Positions 26,485 to 39,010 of a stretch of DNA of 64,000 nucleotides are shown in pieces. The first letter of the stretch is position 1, and each line of letters begins with the position of its first letter. Source of the DNA: Octopus sinensis (lineage: Eukaryota); the NCBI RefSeq assembly GCF_006345805.1, contig NC_043006.1:25420001-25484000 (forward strand), in the 5' to 3' direction. Both the position numbers and the translations under genes were made by a program. The notes beneath the pieces are model-generated. The model searched no databases. It saw only the letters and a program-made list of their open reading frames with translations, and was not told the origin of the DNA.

Positions 26485-26987
26485 ACAATTTAGCTAGATG
26501 TAAAATTCACCTAAGGGATATTAAATATCGGAAGAATTTACTGGTTTATATTACTTATATCAATAACAATGTTATTCCAATAGGTAAATAAAAAGTAAAC
26601 ATACAGTTTATTAATATATAAGAAATGGAAAACAAAACAATAAATTGAACAATTATAAATTCAATTCAATTTAAATATTTTATACAAACAAATGACACAT
26701 CTTATAAATTACAGCTGTTTCTGCTTCATTAATAAAACAAAGTTTTTCAAGAATAATCCAATCCATTTAAGTATGTAATGATGCTTCGTCTGATAGACAT
26801 ATCTGCTTAAATATTTGACGAAAAATATCAACTGAAAATATTTATAACTGCTAAGGTTTTACGAAAATGCTTCATTAGAGCAAGCTTAATCATAAGTAAA
26901 GAATCTAACTGAAATTACATAAATTCCTAAATTTATATCTATAAATATTCGATGTCCATATTTTGCTCAATGTTCATATTTGGGGCA

Positions 26988-27032
<45 letters not shown>

Positions 27033-27607
27033 CTGATATATATATGTATATATATATAATAATGATATTAGGGAGTAAATCCAAACTTACAGGGAAAAAT
27101 TCTAAAAAAGATCTACTCATGTAATTTATGCAGCCCCTAAAGTTTAGTTTAATTTTTTTTTTTAAAGTGCGTAAATTACGTGGGTTTTTACAGTAGTTAA
27201 CTGAAATGAAAATAAGATTATTCACATTTTTAATTCTTTGAATTCTGTTTATTTGCATCTTTCCCCCAAAGTATCACATTTAGTCTTCTCCAGTTAATGA
27301 TAGCTAAAGCTGTTAATGTTCCCAAATTTCAGTACTAGCCTCAATTTCAATAATTTGGTTAATTCATTCAAAGTGTCTAACTTTAGACGATGAAATTTGA
27401 ATTTGTGACTTTAGTAGAAATCAGGTACACATCATGGCACTAATTTATTGTATCAATTTAGAAAGTTAAAGAATCTAAGAAACACTGTTAAAATTTTCTT
27501 TAGTTTTCTATCTCCAATTAAACAAAGGCTGGAGGTGGAATCAATTTCATTTCATCTTATAAAATTATTTTATGATAAATTTTTAAAAATAAATAAATAA
27601 TACAATA

Positions 27608-28053
27608 GAGAGTTGAGGAATTACATACATTATTTACATTTGACATATTTGTCCTCATCTTGTTTGTTGCTAACACAACGTTTCGACTGATATAACCTCC
27701 AGCCTTCATCAAATGTCTTGGGGAAATTTTGAATCTGGGTTCTCATTCCTAAGGTATTTTTTGATGTTGTTGTTATTATTATTCAGGTTACTGCCAGGAA
27801 TCGAAGTCGGAATCTTGAGGTTAGTAGCCCACGCTCTTAACCACCTATAGTGTAGTGGTTAAGATTCCAACTTCAATTCCAGGCAGTAACCTGAATAATA
27901 ATAATAATAATAACATTGAAAAATACCTTAAGAATGAGAACCCAGGTTCCAAATTTCCCCAAGACACCTGATGAAGGCTGGAGGGTATATCAACTGAAAC
28001 GTTGTGTTAACAACAAACAAGATGAGGACAAATATCTGTCAAATGTAAATAAT
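27608..28053. mobile_element. Head-to-head pair of a short element with tRNA-like head and hammerhead-like tail
   Basis: Arms 27608-27844 (-) and 27850-28053 (+) are reverse complements; head tagtggttaagagcgtgggctactaacc...ttcgattcc; tail gacac CTGATGA aggctg...GAAAC GTT gtgtt. Confidence 0.75.
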
Positions 28054-29914
28054 ACAATTAAAAAATATAGGAAATGTAGTATTTTACATTAAAATAAGAA
28101 TTTCATGAAATTTTTATTCCACTGAAATTATGAAAAAACAAAGTGTTATGTTAAATGTAAACTTCTTTTGCTTTCTTTTTATGCTCCTGTATTCCCAATT
28201 TTATTGGTAGGGTGAGGGGACTTTTGTAAACATTTGTTTTACTATAACCTGTTTGGTACCTTGGTTTTACGTTCAAGTTTCACTGGTTCAAATTTAAATA
28301 TTCGTTTCCTATAGTAGATAAAATAAGTAGCAGTTACATACTGAAAGTTGGTTTGACTAACTATACTCCACAAGAATTGATCATTTACCTAAAATTGACA
28401 AAGAATTATGAGGAAACTTCATGTTAAAAAAAGAAATTGCTGAAATGCATTTTGAGTACTGTTTATTTCACACAAACTGTGTGAAGTCAAAATGATAGAG
28501 AACACCACAAGGAACTTAGAAAACTTAAAGAAACAGTACATACATTAGAACATAACAACCTCTTGAGCAGGCCAAGTGCAGAGATGAATACAATATGGAA
28601 CCAATAATCAAGAAAGAAAAAGGCAGATTGCTATAATAGATTACTTAGACTTTAAGTTTATAAGTTTTAAAAATTCACTGTCACTGCCTACAGAGATAGC
28701 ATAGTAGATAAAGAAGTTGGGTAATGAAGTCACCCAGTAGTTCTGAGTTCAAGCCCAAGCAAAGCACCAAGGTAATTCACAAAAAAAACAACTGAAGCAA
28801 GAAATGTCACAAAACACAGAGTGGAATGAGGACAGTATACTCCTGTGGATCAAATAATGGGGTAGGTTCAAAATTCTGATACAACAGCTGAGTTCAACAC
28901 AAGACACCTGAAGAAGGCTAGAATGTTCAACAGCCAAAATGTGGTGAAAGTAACAATCAAGATGAGGACACCAGTCTGACTTAATATAAACAGTATATAT
29001 GATGTAAATACCTCATGTCAGAATTATGCATTTTGAAGTATCAAATAATTTATTTTACAAATGATAATTTATTTTACTTTCCAGTAATCTGTTGTCCTTA
29101 TAGCTGCTCTATTTGTCGAGTAATATCCAAGTCTTCTATCAAAATCCATGATTTGTTTCTTGGTGGTTATAATAACGATTTGATAAGACTTCATCAGCTC
29201 TGTAAGTAAGAAGTGATGACAGCACAAATAGACTAGCTAATGTTGTGACAATATCAAAAAGCATAGACGAGAGTTTTCTGTTATATCCTACCTAAACCAT
29301 TTTTAATTTGAATTTTAGTTTATTGTTTCCTGTTGTTTTTATGTTTTCACCTTTGCAGTACTTTTTCATTAGTGTTTTGTGTTAACAACAAACAGCCATG
29401 TCACTTAGTTTGTTCAATAATCATTGGTCTGATCTAGCATTCAGGGCTGTTTTGAGGATGAGATAAAGAGACTTGAGCTTTTGGTTTCACTGCATCTTTA
29501 GGTATGCATAATAAATTGATATATGAATTTGTGCCCGCATACAAAAACAAACACACACACTTGCTTACTCTCTCTATCTCTCTCTCTCTCTCTCCCCTCT
29601 CTCCCTACTTCTCTCTCACACACATGCACACGCATTTTGAAATTTGTTACAATGGTTATTGGTATGAAAGACGATTTGAATTCTCAGTTTTATACATATT
29701 TTAAGAATATAAACAACTCGGTATAACTTTTTTATTTAAGATATATTTAAATCAATAGAGATGTTGCAATTCTTTTGCAATTTTCAATACAAATATTAGT
29801 TTTATTCCAGAGAGATGGACTATATCCATTTCATTTACATTAGATTAACTATTGGTTTCTTTACAATCGGTTGAAAAATGTAGTTTTAGTTTCACTACTA
29901 ATAACTGATAACTG

Positions 29915-30230
29915 ATGCTCCATCAGTTATGACAACAAGGGTTCCTACTGATCCAATCAACGGAACAGCCTACTCGTGAAATTAACATGCAAGTGGCTGA
30001 GCACTCCACAGACATGTCTACCCTTAGCATAGTTCTCAGGGAGATTCAGCATAACACAAATTGTGACAAGGCTGGCCCCTTTTAAATATAGGTGCTGTTG
30101 ATTTTTACCAGCTGAGTGAACTGGAACAATGTGAAGTAAAGTGCCTTGCTCAAAGACATTACATGTCACCAGGAATTGAACTCACAACTTTATGATTGTA
30201 AGCTGAATACCCTAACCACTAAGCCATGCA
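29915..30230 (-). mobile_element. tRNA-derived SINE family D
   Basis: Minus-strand head gcatggcttagtggttagggtattcagcttacaatc...gagttcaattcc (A/B boxes), then ctttgagcaaggcactt...cactcagctgg body. Confidence 0.75.
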
Positions 30231-30632
30231 CTTTTACACTAATAATTGATAATATGAAAATATTACTTTAAAGATTGCCTGATTACTTGACTTTTTAGCA
30301 GTTTGTTAGCTAAAAGTTCAAGCCTTTCATCAACACAGTAGCATTTCCATACGTCTGGCTGTAGACTTAAGCTTCAGCAAGTGTGCTTTATAATTAGTAT
30401 CTTGCAAGCTTGCAATGCTAAATGCATTTTATCTCAGTGATGGAAAACACATTGCATTTTTTTTTTGTTTTAAATCACTTTACAACACTCATTGCCGGTC
30501 GTCCAATGAGTTAAAGGTTCAAAGAATATTTAACTAACTCATTTAACCGATTTCAATGTAAAAAATATAAACAGATAAAAACTGATTTCACATTTATACT
30601 TGAATTCTGGCCAGTTTCTCCCATCATTAAAT

Positions 30633-30962
30633 ATTCTCCCATCATTAAATATGAACTTCCATAAAAATAACACAATGATAGAATCATTGAAATCATTAAA
30701 CACAAACACACAATGTTACATTCAGTTTTAGTTTATCTGTGAGAAACTTGGATTCCTTTTATTTATTGTCTCAGCTGATGAAATTTAGGCCGTTATAGCC
30801 GCAGGAGTGGCTGTGTGGTAAGTAGCTTGCTTACCAACCACATGGTTCTGGGTTCAGTCCCACTGCATGGCACCTTAGGCAAGTGTCTTCTACTATAGCC
30901 TCGGGCCGACCAAAGCCTTGTGAGTGGATTTGGTAGATGGAAACTGAAAGAAGCCCGTCGTA

Positions 30963-31004
<42 letters not shown>

Positions 31005-31426
31005 TGTGTGTCTGTGTTTGTCCCCCTAGCATTGCTTGACAACTGATGCTGGTGTGTTTATGTCCCCATTACTTAGCGGTTCGACAAAAGAGACCGATAG
31101 AATAAGTACTGGGCTTACAAAAAGAATAAGTCCCGGGGTCGAGTTGCTCGATTAAAGGCGGTGCTCCAGCATGGCCGCAGTCAAATGACTGAAACAAGTA
31201 AAAGAGAGTTTCATACCTGTGTTTTTATAAGTCACTGATATTGTAGTTAAGGTGAATATAATTCTCCCATCATTAAATATGAACTTCCATAAAAATTAAC
31301 ACAATGATAGAATCATTGAAATCATTAAACACAAACACACAATGTTACATTCAGTTTTAATTTATCTTTGAAAAACTTGGATTCCTTTTATTTATTGTCT
31401 CAGCTGATGAAGATTTAGGCTGTTAT
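30633..31426 (+). repeat. ~165-bp direct duplication (30633-30796 and 31261-31426) bracketing a SINE
   Basis: attctcccatcattaaatatgaacttcc...cagctgatgaa..tttaggc.gttat present twice with few differences. Confidence 0.9.
30798..31208 (+). mobile_element. tRNA-derived SINE family B
   Basis: Near-identical to 17482-17891 and 49674-50056. Confidence 0.88.
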
Positions 31427-31719
31427 TTGAATGCACCCAGTTTTCAGACACTAATTAAAGAATATAAATATATAAACATACATGCATAGAGACATGTGTA
31501 TCTGTGAATGTATGTTGATGAATAGATTGAAAAGTAGTTAAAAATGTAAAGAGATGATGGTTTGTAATCTTATTCCATGATTGTTCAGTTCTATTTGATA
31601 TGGCTGTTTGTTAGATATTAATAATGCACACTACTTCTCATTGATTTCTTTATACTACAATTGCTGCCTTTTCCTTCACTTTACCACATGCATGCACTGT
31701 ATTACAAATGACATTTCAG

Positions 31720-31809
31720 GTGGTAAGCAGGGAGTGCTGGTTCGTGCTGGCTCCATGGAGTCCCTAATTGGCAACAAAAGTAACCTGAGCAACACATTGC
31801 ATGACAACA
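31720..31809 (+). CDS. PARD3: Candidate 90-nt Par-3 cassette exon (GGKQGVLVRAGSMESLIGNKSNLSNTLHDN)
   Basis: atttcag acceptor, A|gtatgt donor, symmetric phase 1-1; SMESL motif repeated in the next exon. Confidence 0.75.
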
Positions 31810-33609
31810 GTATGTATGCTACATCTTACACTAGTCCATTTCTTTATTTCCACCTCTTGGTCTTAATTTTGTTTTATGAAATTGCTTGAAACTCTCTTCC
31901 ACTATTTATTTATATCTAAGCTATTCTATAGCCTTAGACCCTTCAAAGGTCATGGGCACTGTTCCTTTCTCCTAACTAAAACAATTTTCTTTTTTGTTTT
32001 CTTTTTAGATAGATCAATTTTAGATGTGATTCATACAACTTTTGGTTCTTATTATTAGCTTCATTTTTAAATTTGTCCTCCATCCCCATATTTCTCCTAT
32101 TACAAGCTTATTTCATTTATTACACATTCTAAGAATGGTAAGCTAGCAGAAACTAGAGTTTTGGAAAAAATTCCCCATGATATTTTTTTTCTGGCTCTTT
32201 ACATTCTGAGTTTAAATCCTACTGGGGTCAACTTTGCTTTTCATCCTTTTTTGGGGGTCAATAAAATAATGTACAAGTGAAGCACCCAAAATTGCTGAAC
32301 TTGTGTTTGAATTGGAAACAGTTATTACATATTCTATGTCTTGATTACAAATTAGCATTTTTTTTTACTGTAAATATGAATCTAAACATCAACCTGATTG
32401 CATTGTTTTACTTTCTTTTCTATGTGGCAAGTACTTTGCCTCTTCTATCAATGTGTACTCTACATTCAACCCCCAATATCTAACTGAACTCAGAACAATA
32501 ATGTGTAGACTAAATACTATTAGGTATTTTGAATATCACAACTGATTCCATTATTCACCACTGTCACAAGAACAATAATTATGGTGTCTTACATCAAGAC
32601 AAGGCTGCAAATTGTGAAAAAGGGGTAGGGTTAGCCTGTACTGAGGTAAATTAGGTTATGTACTTATTGATACGGGAAGATAAAAACTGAAGTCAGTCTT
32701 GGAAGGATTTTGAACTCGCATTACATGTTTAAAGATGAAGATAACCTTTTAGACCTTTAGTCTATCAGTTTCTCGAAAAATTTCATTCCCAAAATAATGT
32801 TCAGTTAGATATTCAGTAAGTAGAAGTGATAAAGCACCCACCACAAAGTTGTTTTTGTTATTGTTTAGCTAAAAAAAAAAAAAACCTTTAATTAAGACCT
32901 ATGTGAGTTATTAATAGTAATAATTTAGCACCAGTTTATTATCATTCCAACCACGAACATCCTGTCTTTTCAATTTTTATGCTTCATTCATGAATCAGCA
33001 GTAATGGTCTTATCATTGCCCATCTCCTAACTCACAGCTTAGCTCCTCTCTGTTGCTCCATAAGCTGTAAGAGGGTCTTTCTACTACTGCCTCTATCCTG
33101 CAAGCAGCTGTCTTCCACTCTACCTCAACTGGGAATAATGTTACCTATCAGCCTTTCTCTTTACAATTTTGCAAAAAGTTTTGATATTTGCTCTCTTCAA
33201 TTCAAAAGCTTCAAGATCTTTTCACCTCTTCAGACCACAAAACTACATTTGGCTTTAAGAGTTGTTTGGCTGACCTTGGGCAACTACCTACCCTCATATC
33301 CCACAATAGTGCTTTTATAATAAATAATTTATTGGTCTGGCTATGGCTGACATCATGAAATTGATTGATGTTATTTGGTGTTCCTTGCATCTCTTCTGTT
33401 CTCGGGTGTTAGTGAGTGTTATTAGTATCTTGCCATGGTATATCTCTCTTGGTTTGAGTGCTGTCTGATACCTTGAGAGGATGTCAAGGCACTCCTGTCC
33501 CCACAGTGCCTGCACAGCTGGTTTTTCCTCATACCCCAGCATATCATACACTGCTCTTAGCAGAAAGGAGATATGCAATGGTTCCAGTTCCCATAAATCT
33601 GCCCAGTAA

Positions 33610-33695
33610 TCTTCCTCCTAAATTCAGGATTATTGAGGGGTCTTCCTCCTAAATTCAGGATTGTTGAGGGGTATTCCTCCTAAATTCGGGATTAC
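33610..33695. repeat. Short tandem repeat (~30-bp unit, ~2.8 copies)
   Basis: ttcctcctaaattcaggatt(a/g)ttgagggg repeated. Confidence 0.8.
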
Positions 33696-34589
33696 TCTTG
33701 ATCTTGTTCTTCTTGGTTTTGAATAGTGCAAAACAAAAGAATTTTTCATCTTTCAGAAAAGTTTTATTAGTTATAGTTTAAAAGCTTGTCAGTTACTGAT
33801 TTTGATAAAGTTTTGATATCTTGCTTATAAAATTATGTCTCATGGTAGCTCCTTGTGTATGTTTTGTCAGTATTTCTCTTGAGTTGAAGTAGTGCATTTA
33901 TATTTTTCCTGCAATACTTACATGGTTTTCACCTTTTCGTGATATATTTTAATTCTTTTGATTTTGATACTTTGAGTTTTGTACATTCCAATATCAACTC
34001 GTTTTACAAGTCTAAAAAAAACTCATAAGGTCAATACTTGAAAGAATGACAATCATTTCAAATTCTCCATGAATGAAATTACATTGATATGAATAGTAAA
34101 GTACTTTAACCAACAGTAACATAATGTTTGTAAATTATTCTACTGTATCAAACACCACTGTCAGCTCATTCAAATATTCTTCAAAGAACATTATTTTCTG
34201 TTGCAATGTTTTCTCAATAGACTGAATCTGTTTTATAGGATTTAATAATGCAACTGGTTATATTCTTTTCTTAATTAGCTGCATTATTTGCAATGTTGTC
34301 TTGATGCATGCTTATATAAAAAAAATAATTGCACTTGTAATAAGGTAGATGTAGTTATTTATTAGGCATGCTAACCAATTTATATTTTACATAATTTTAT
34401 AAACTTTATTGATTTTATCAGTGATACATCATTTATTTTTTCTACCTTTAAAAATTTGCTTCAAGTTATATGTGTATATATTTGTTGAATTCTGTTCACA
34501 TTATTTTCCTGTTTTTCAGTGTTCAGGCTACAAAATATTAGTAATTATTATGTAAATCCTAGGAAGGTACAGAGCTAGCCTCCTCCTCA

Positions 34590-36600
34590 ACAGCAGCAGC
34601 ATCATTTACCATACATTTTTTTAATGCTAGCATGGGCTGGACAGTTTGACAGGATCTGATTAGCCACAGGACTGCATTGATCTCTAATGTCAGTTTTGGC
34701 ATAGGTTCCACATCTGAATGTCTTTCCTAGTGCCAACCACTTTACTGTGTATACATTTTCCATGTCACTGACACCAGTGAGGTCACTAAGTAACTTGTGA
34801 GATAAGAAAAGAAAGGAATAAAACCCTTGACTAAGTAGGAGTAATTGTGATTGGGGGGGGGCTTTATGCTAACAGTTTAGAGGTTGAAGTATAATAGCAA
34901 ATCAAGTGCAAGTGTATTGCTATCGAGAATATGCTTAGCTAAGGGTGGGAAGAAGATAATGTGAAAGTGATGGGATTGCCAGTGTAAACCCTGAAGGAGG
35001 TGAACACAAAAGAGAATATGAACAATAGATCAGAAAGAGGAATGATGAGTGAGGTGGGGTTATAAGAGTGTGAATATGAGGTTAACAGATGATTAGAGAT
35101 CAGGTGATGGTAAATGTAGTGTGATGAACATAGTTGGGAGTGTGGCTTGATAAGAAATATAGAATGACTCAGGGATGGTAGATCAAGAAGTAGAATACAA
35201 TTAGCAAGATGCAGGAGGGATAGGTAGAGGTAGATAAAGGTGGCCGCAGTAAGTGGTGCATGATGGTGGATGTGAGAGGGCATTGAAAATGATAGCAGCA
35301 GATGTGAGGTTTTAAGATGAAGTATGGCAAGGGAGAGGTAGGGATAAGTGAAGGTAGAGAAAGGAAGTGATGGGTGAAAATATTGTGAGAAGGGGTGGGA
35401 ATGAGGTATGCAGCAGTCCCAGGAGTGGGTAACTGGTAGCACAAAGGATGAGGGAATATGTGCTGAGGAGGGATGAATGTTGGGAGAAGGCAAGGAAGTG
35501 AAGGAAATAAGTTGTGGCAAATGGTTGATGGGACAGAGTGAATATGGGGGCAGGGCCAAGCACATATAAGTATAGACAATGTATTTAGGACCTCATTTAT
35601 GTTGTGGTGGATGGGTCTTCTTGAGCACAAGTTGCCAACTGTCTCAGTCCTTTGTCATCTCTGTGATGCATAGCATCATGAGATCTGCTTCCACTACTTC
35701 ATCCCATGTATTCTTCTATAAGCTCCATTATACACCAGCATTATACAATCTGCCTTTCACTCAAAGACAGAAAATCTTTTTATTGCTAACAGGGGTTATG
35801 CTCTCTGAATTTTGTCCTATTTTTAGTCTAGCAACTACACTTTCAAAACACCCTCCTCCATTGTTACCTAGGTAACAGAAACTACTTTACTACTTCCAGG
35901 ACATTTAAGAAAATCTATTTCCTGTTTGTGTTTAGTGTTTACTGCTCCTGCACATCCTACGCATATAAACACTCCATTAGTCTTCCTGTGATTCAACAGC
36001 ACCTCTTGGTCATACATTGCTTGTGCTGGGTACACCATGTGGAGTTTCTGCCTACACCTTTTTCCCCATATCAAGCAGGGTCATTACCTGAAGAGAGTAA
36101 AATCCTGTTTCCCTACTTACTAGAATTTTGGTCTTTGCTAAGTTAAACTTTAAGGTCCTTTGATTCCAGGTTTTGCTTCCACACCTGGAATTTCTTTTCT
36201 AATTCTATTACAGATTCTACTATGAGAATGAGATCTTCAGCATGTAATATTTCCTAGAGTCAGCTGGTCTTAAATTCCTCTGTTATGGCCTAGAAGATAG
36301 ACAAATAGGAGATTGAGCATCAAGCCCTTCCACTCATCACTGAGCTCATGGTTGACTCTTGCTTTACTGACAGCACCCTTGTACATGGTTTTTATGGCTT
36401 TCACAAGCCATTTATCTACCCTTATCTTTCTCAGAGACCACCACCAATTCACAGAGTGAGGGACTTTGTCACAGGCTTTCTTCAGGTCAACAAATATTAA
36501 ATATAATACTTCTGCAGTTGTCTAAGTATTTCTCCTCAGCATGAAACCAAACTGCATCTCATCTAGTTTAAATCAGTTTCTAATTAATTGGGTTATAACA
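34590..36600 (-). mobile_element. Decayed RTE-clade LINE (RT fragments, C/T-rich 3' region, family-A-like end)
   Basis: WWSLRKIRVDKWLVKAIKTMYKGAVSKARVN and remnants of FVDLKKA and HAEDLILI; homologous to 54200-55080. Confidence 0.7.
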
Positions 36601-36833
36601 CTCTCTTTCTGTCTCTCCCTCTGTCTCTCTCTTTTCCAGCTATTTCATACTTCAGTAATTACACCTGGTAACAAAAGTTTTGCCTCTAGGCGATATGTGA
36701 CATAATCCCTCCCACTGTGATTTGTATTGATATTGTTACATTACAAACCCTTCTGATTGTTTAATCTCATATCCCATCCTGCTTAGTGGCTTCGTTGTTG
36801 AAGTGTGAGTATGACAGAAAATCTTCCTTCTCC

Positions 36834-37050
36834 AGCGGCAAGCTGGCAGAAACGTTAGCACGCCAGGCGAAATGCTTAGCGGTATTTCATCTGTCTTTAC
36901 GTTGTAAGTTCAAATTCCACCGAAGTCCACTTTGCCTTTCATCCTTTCAAGGTCGATAAATTAAGTACAAGTTATGCACTGGGGGTCAATGTAATTGACT
37001 TAATCCCTTTGTCTGTCCTTGTTTAGCCCTTTGTGGGTAATAAAGAAATA
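36834..37050 (+). mobile_element. SINE family C
   Basis: agctggcagaaacgttagcacgcc...gttcaaattcc...ctttgcctttcatcc...gataaattaagtac; flanked by repeated agaaaatcttccttctcc (TSD-like). Confidence 0.85.
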
Positions 37051-37291
37051 AGAAAATCTTCCTTCTCCATTTAACTGTTTTCCATCACTTTTTTCTAAAT
37101 TATCTTTTCCAACATTAACAAAGTGTTCAAAATACTTCATTCAACTTTAATAAATGAATGTTGCTTTTATCTTCAAAATTGACACACACATATGATAATA
37201 TGAATATCAATGCTACACTTTTGAATAAAAAAACCATTAAATAAACTACTGTGTTTAATTCATTCTAAAAAAATGTTCTTTATTTTTGTAG

Positions 37292-37501
37292 TGTCACCTC
37301 GAATGTCTCAACCAAACATGGGTCTGAGAAAACGTTCCAGTTCTATGGAAAGTTTACCAACACCTGATGTTTTTGAAAATGCTGCGCCACCATTTTGGGC
37401 AGCTGAGCGAATTAACAGAGCTCATATGTGCAATGAGAGTTTTCGTGCAGCTGTTGACCGATCTTATGAAGTTCCTCATCTTTCACAGAATATGGAAACT
37501 T
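37292..37501 (+). CDS. PARD3: Par-3 exon (Par-1/14-3-3 site and conserved CNESFRAAVDRSY motif)
   Basis: tttgtag acceptor, T|gtaagt donor; GLRKRSSSMESL...CNESFRAAVDRSYE...MET. Confidence 0.95.
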
Positions 37502-38379
37502 GTAAGTTATTCACTGTATACAATTTCATATTGATATCTTGCAAACAACTTGCTCATGCAAGTGCTACCAGTCAAAAGCTCTGTATACCGGAAGCCAGAA
37601 AGTGTATGGGGTCATCAGGAGAGAATGCGCGCCGTTGCGGGGGCCTACCTCTCGACGGCATCAATGCGCACCGGCCCCCCTCACTGATATGAGGCCCCGC
37701 TTGCTAGATCAGCTGGTTATCAAGTTAAGCTCAATATCCTTCTAGCCATCGCTCATCATCTCTTTTTAATAGGAATCCAATTATTTTTAAATGTTGTGTT
37801 GGTAAATATATGTGCTTTTTGTTTATTATTCTATACCTAAGAGAATTTTAATAGAAAACCAGTTTAACTAAAGACGAAATATTTTTTTATGAAAGCAAGG
37901 ACAGTAAGATGTTGAAAATACTCTGAACACTAGCATTTATTCTTAAGTTCAAATGTACATCCCAATAGGATTTGGATTTGAACCTAGAAGGGGTTTACTT
38001 GTACCAAAATAAAATTCTTAAAAACGAATGTAGATCATAATAACAATTGAGGACTTAAAATATTAATATATTGTAATGATATTAGAATATGCACATACAT
38101 AAACATACACATGATATCTGGATGTATACAGGGCAACAAGAGAACTCAAGCTGATGAGAGAATCTATACATGGTCAATCAACCTGTTATAAATAGCTATT
38201 AATTACCTCAACTCAAACCCTGCCATCTTAGAAAAGAAGGCTGCATTGAATAATGCCATATTGGGTGCACTGTCTGTAAGAAAATGTTTAAAATGTCTTA
38301 TTTTTGCTAAAAAAAAGCACAGATTTTCTGGCCAATCCAGTGGAAACTAGAAAAAGTATTTTTACCATTTGCACATAAA

Positions 38380-38680
38380 AAGCACCTTTTGAGTGTTGGG
38401 CCTCAAAGAGCCATTGACAAATGTCCATAACCTTTGGCAATATGCTGTGTTTAAGTAGAAGACCCATCAAGCCAAGTGAAATCATAGTCGCGGAAGATGT
38501 GCCAGTGGTGTGTAAAAGCACTCATTACACTCTTGGAGTGGTTGGCATTAGGAAGGGCATCCAGTTGTAGAAACCATGCCAAATCAGAGAGGAGCCTGAT
38601 ACAGCCCCTCAGCTTACCAGCTCTGGTCAAACTGTCCAACCTATGCCAGCATGGACAACAGACATTAAATGATGATGATG
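38380..38680 (+). mobile_element. Repeat family A copy
   Basis: gttggcattaggaagggcatccag core and (GAT)n tail. Confidence 0.75.
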
Positions 38681-38829
38681 TATATAACTTTAGCATATAT
38701 ATTCCAACATGCTGTTTTTAGAATAGCGTGTTAGCAAGTGTGTGTGTGTTTGTCTTTTATAAAATATTTTATGGAAAACAGACATTAACTGATGATTGTA
38801 AAGATGTAATACTTTTTTTTTTCCTATAG

Positions 38830-39010
38830 TGGAAGAAGAAAACAGTGATTCAGGTTCAGTTGTGGGCCAAAATTATGCCCCACATCCCATTTATACTTCC
38901 ATTTCAAACACCGATGCACCTAATATTAAAGAAAATTCTCAACCAAAAGTAAGCAAGAAGAAGGAGCGAGACAATCGTAAAAGTGGTGGATTTTTTAAAG
39001 GAATTTTCAA
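38830..39010 (+). CDS. PARD3: Par-3 exon (acidic then basic region, GFFKGIFK)
   Basis: cctatag acceptor, AA|gtatga donor; LEEENSDSGS...KKKERDNRKSGGFFKGIFK. Confidence 0.9.

Larger units (their letters stand above)
22513..27193. mobile_element. Tc1/mariner-pogo type non-autonomous element expanded by nested Penelope insertions
   Basis: Left ctgtaaaaacccatgtaattttccac and right gtgcgtaaattacgtgggtttttacag|ta are inverted repeats; the left flank is aa rather than ta. Confidence 0.55.

Noticed and set aside
27790-27885. Functional tRNA gene
   Set aside because: No complete acceptor stem and the second copy is internally deleted; it is a tRNA-derived head of a repeat.
30287-30323. 14-bp hairpin cttgactttttagc/gctaaaagttcaag as a pre-miRNA or terminator
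   Set aside because: Too short and AT-rich for a pre-miRNA, plausible by chance, and intrinsic terminators do not apply in a eukaryote.
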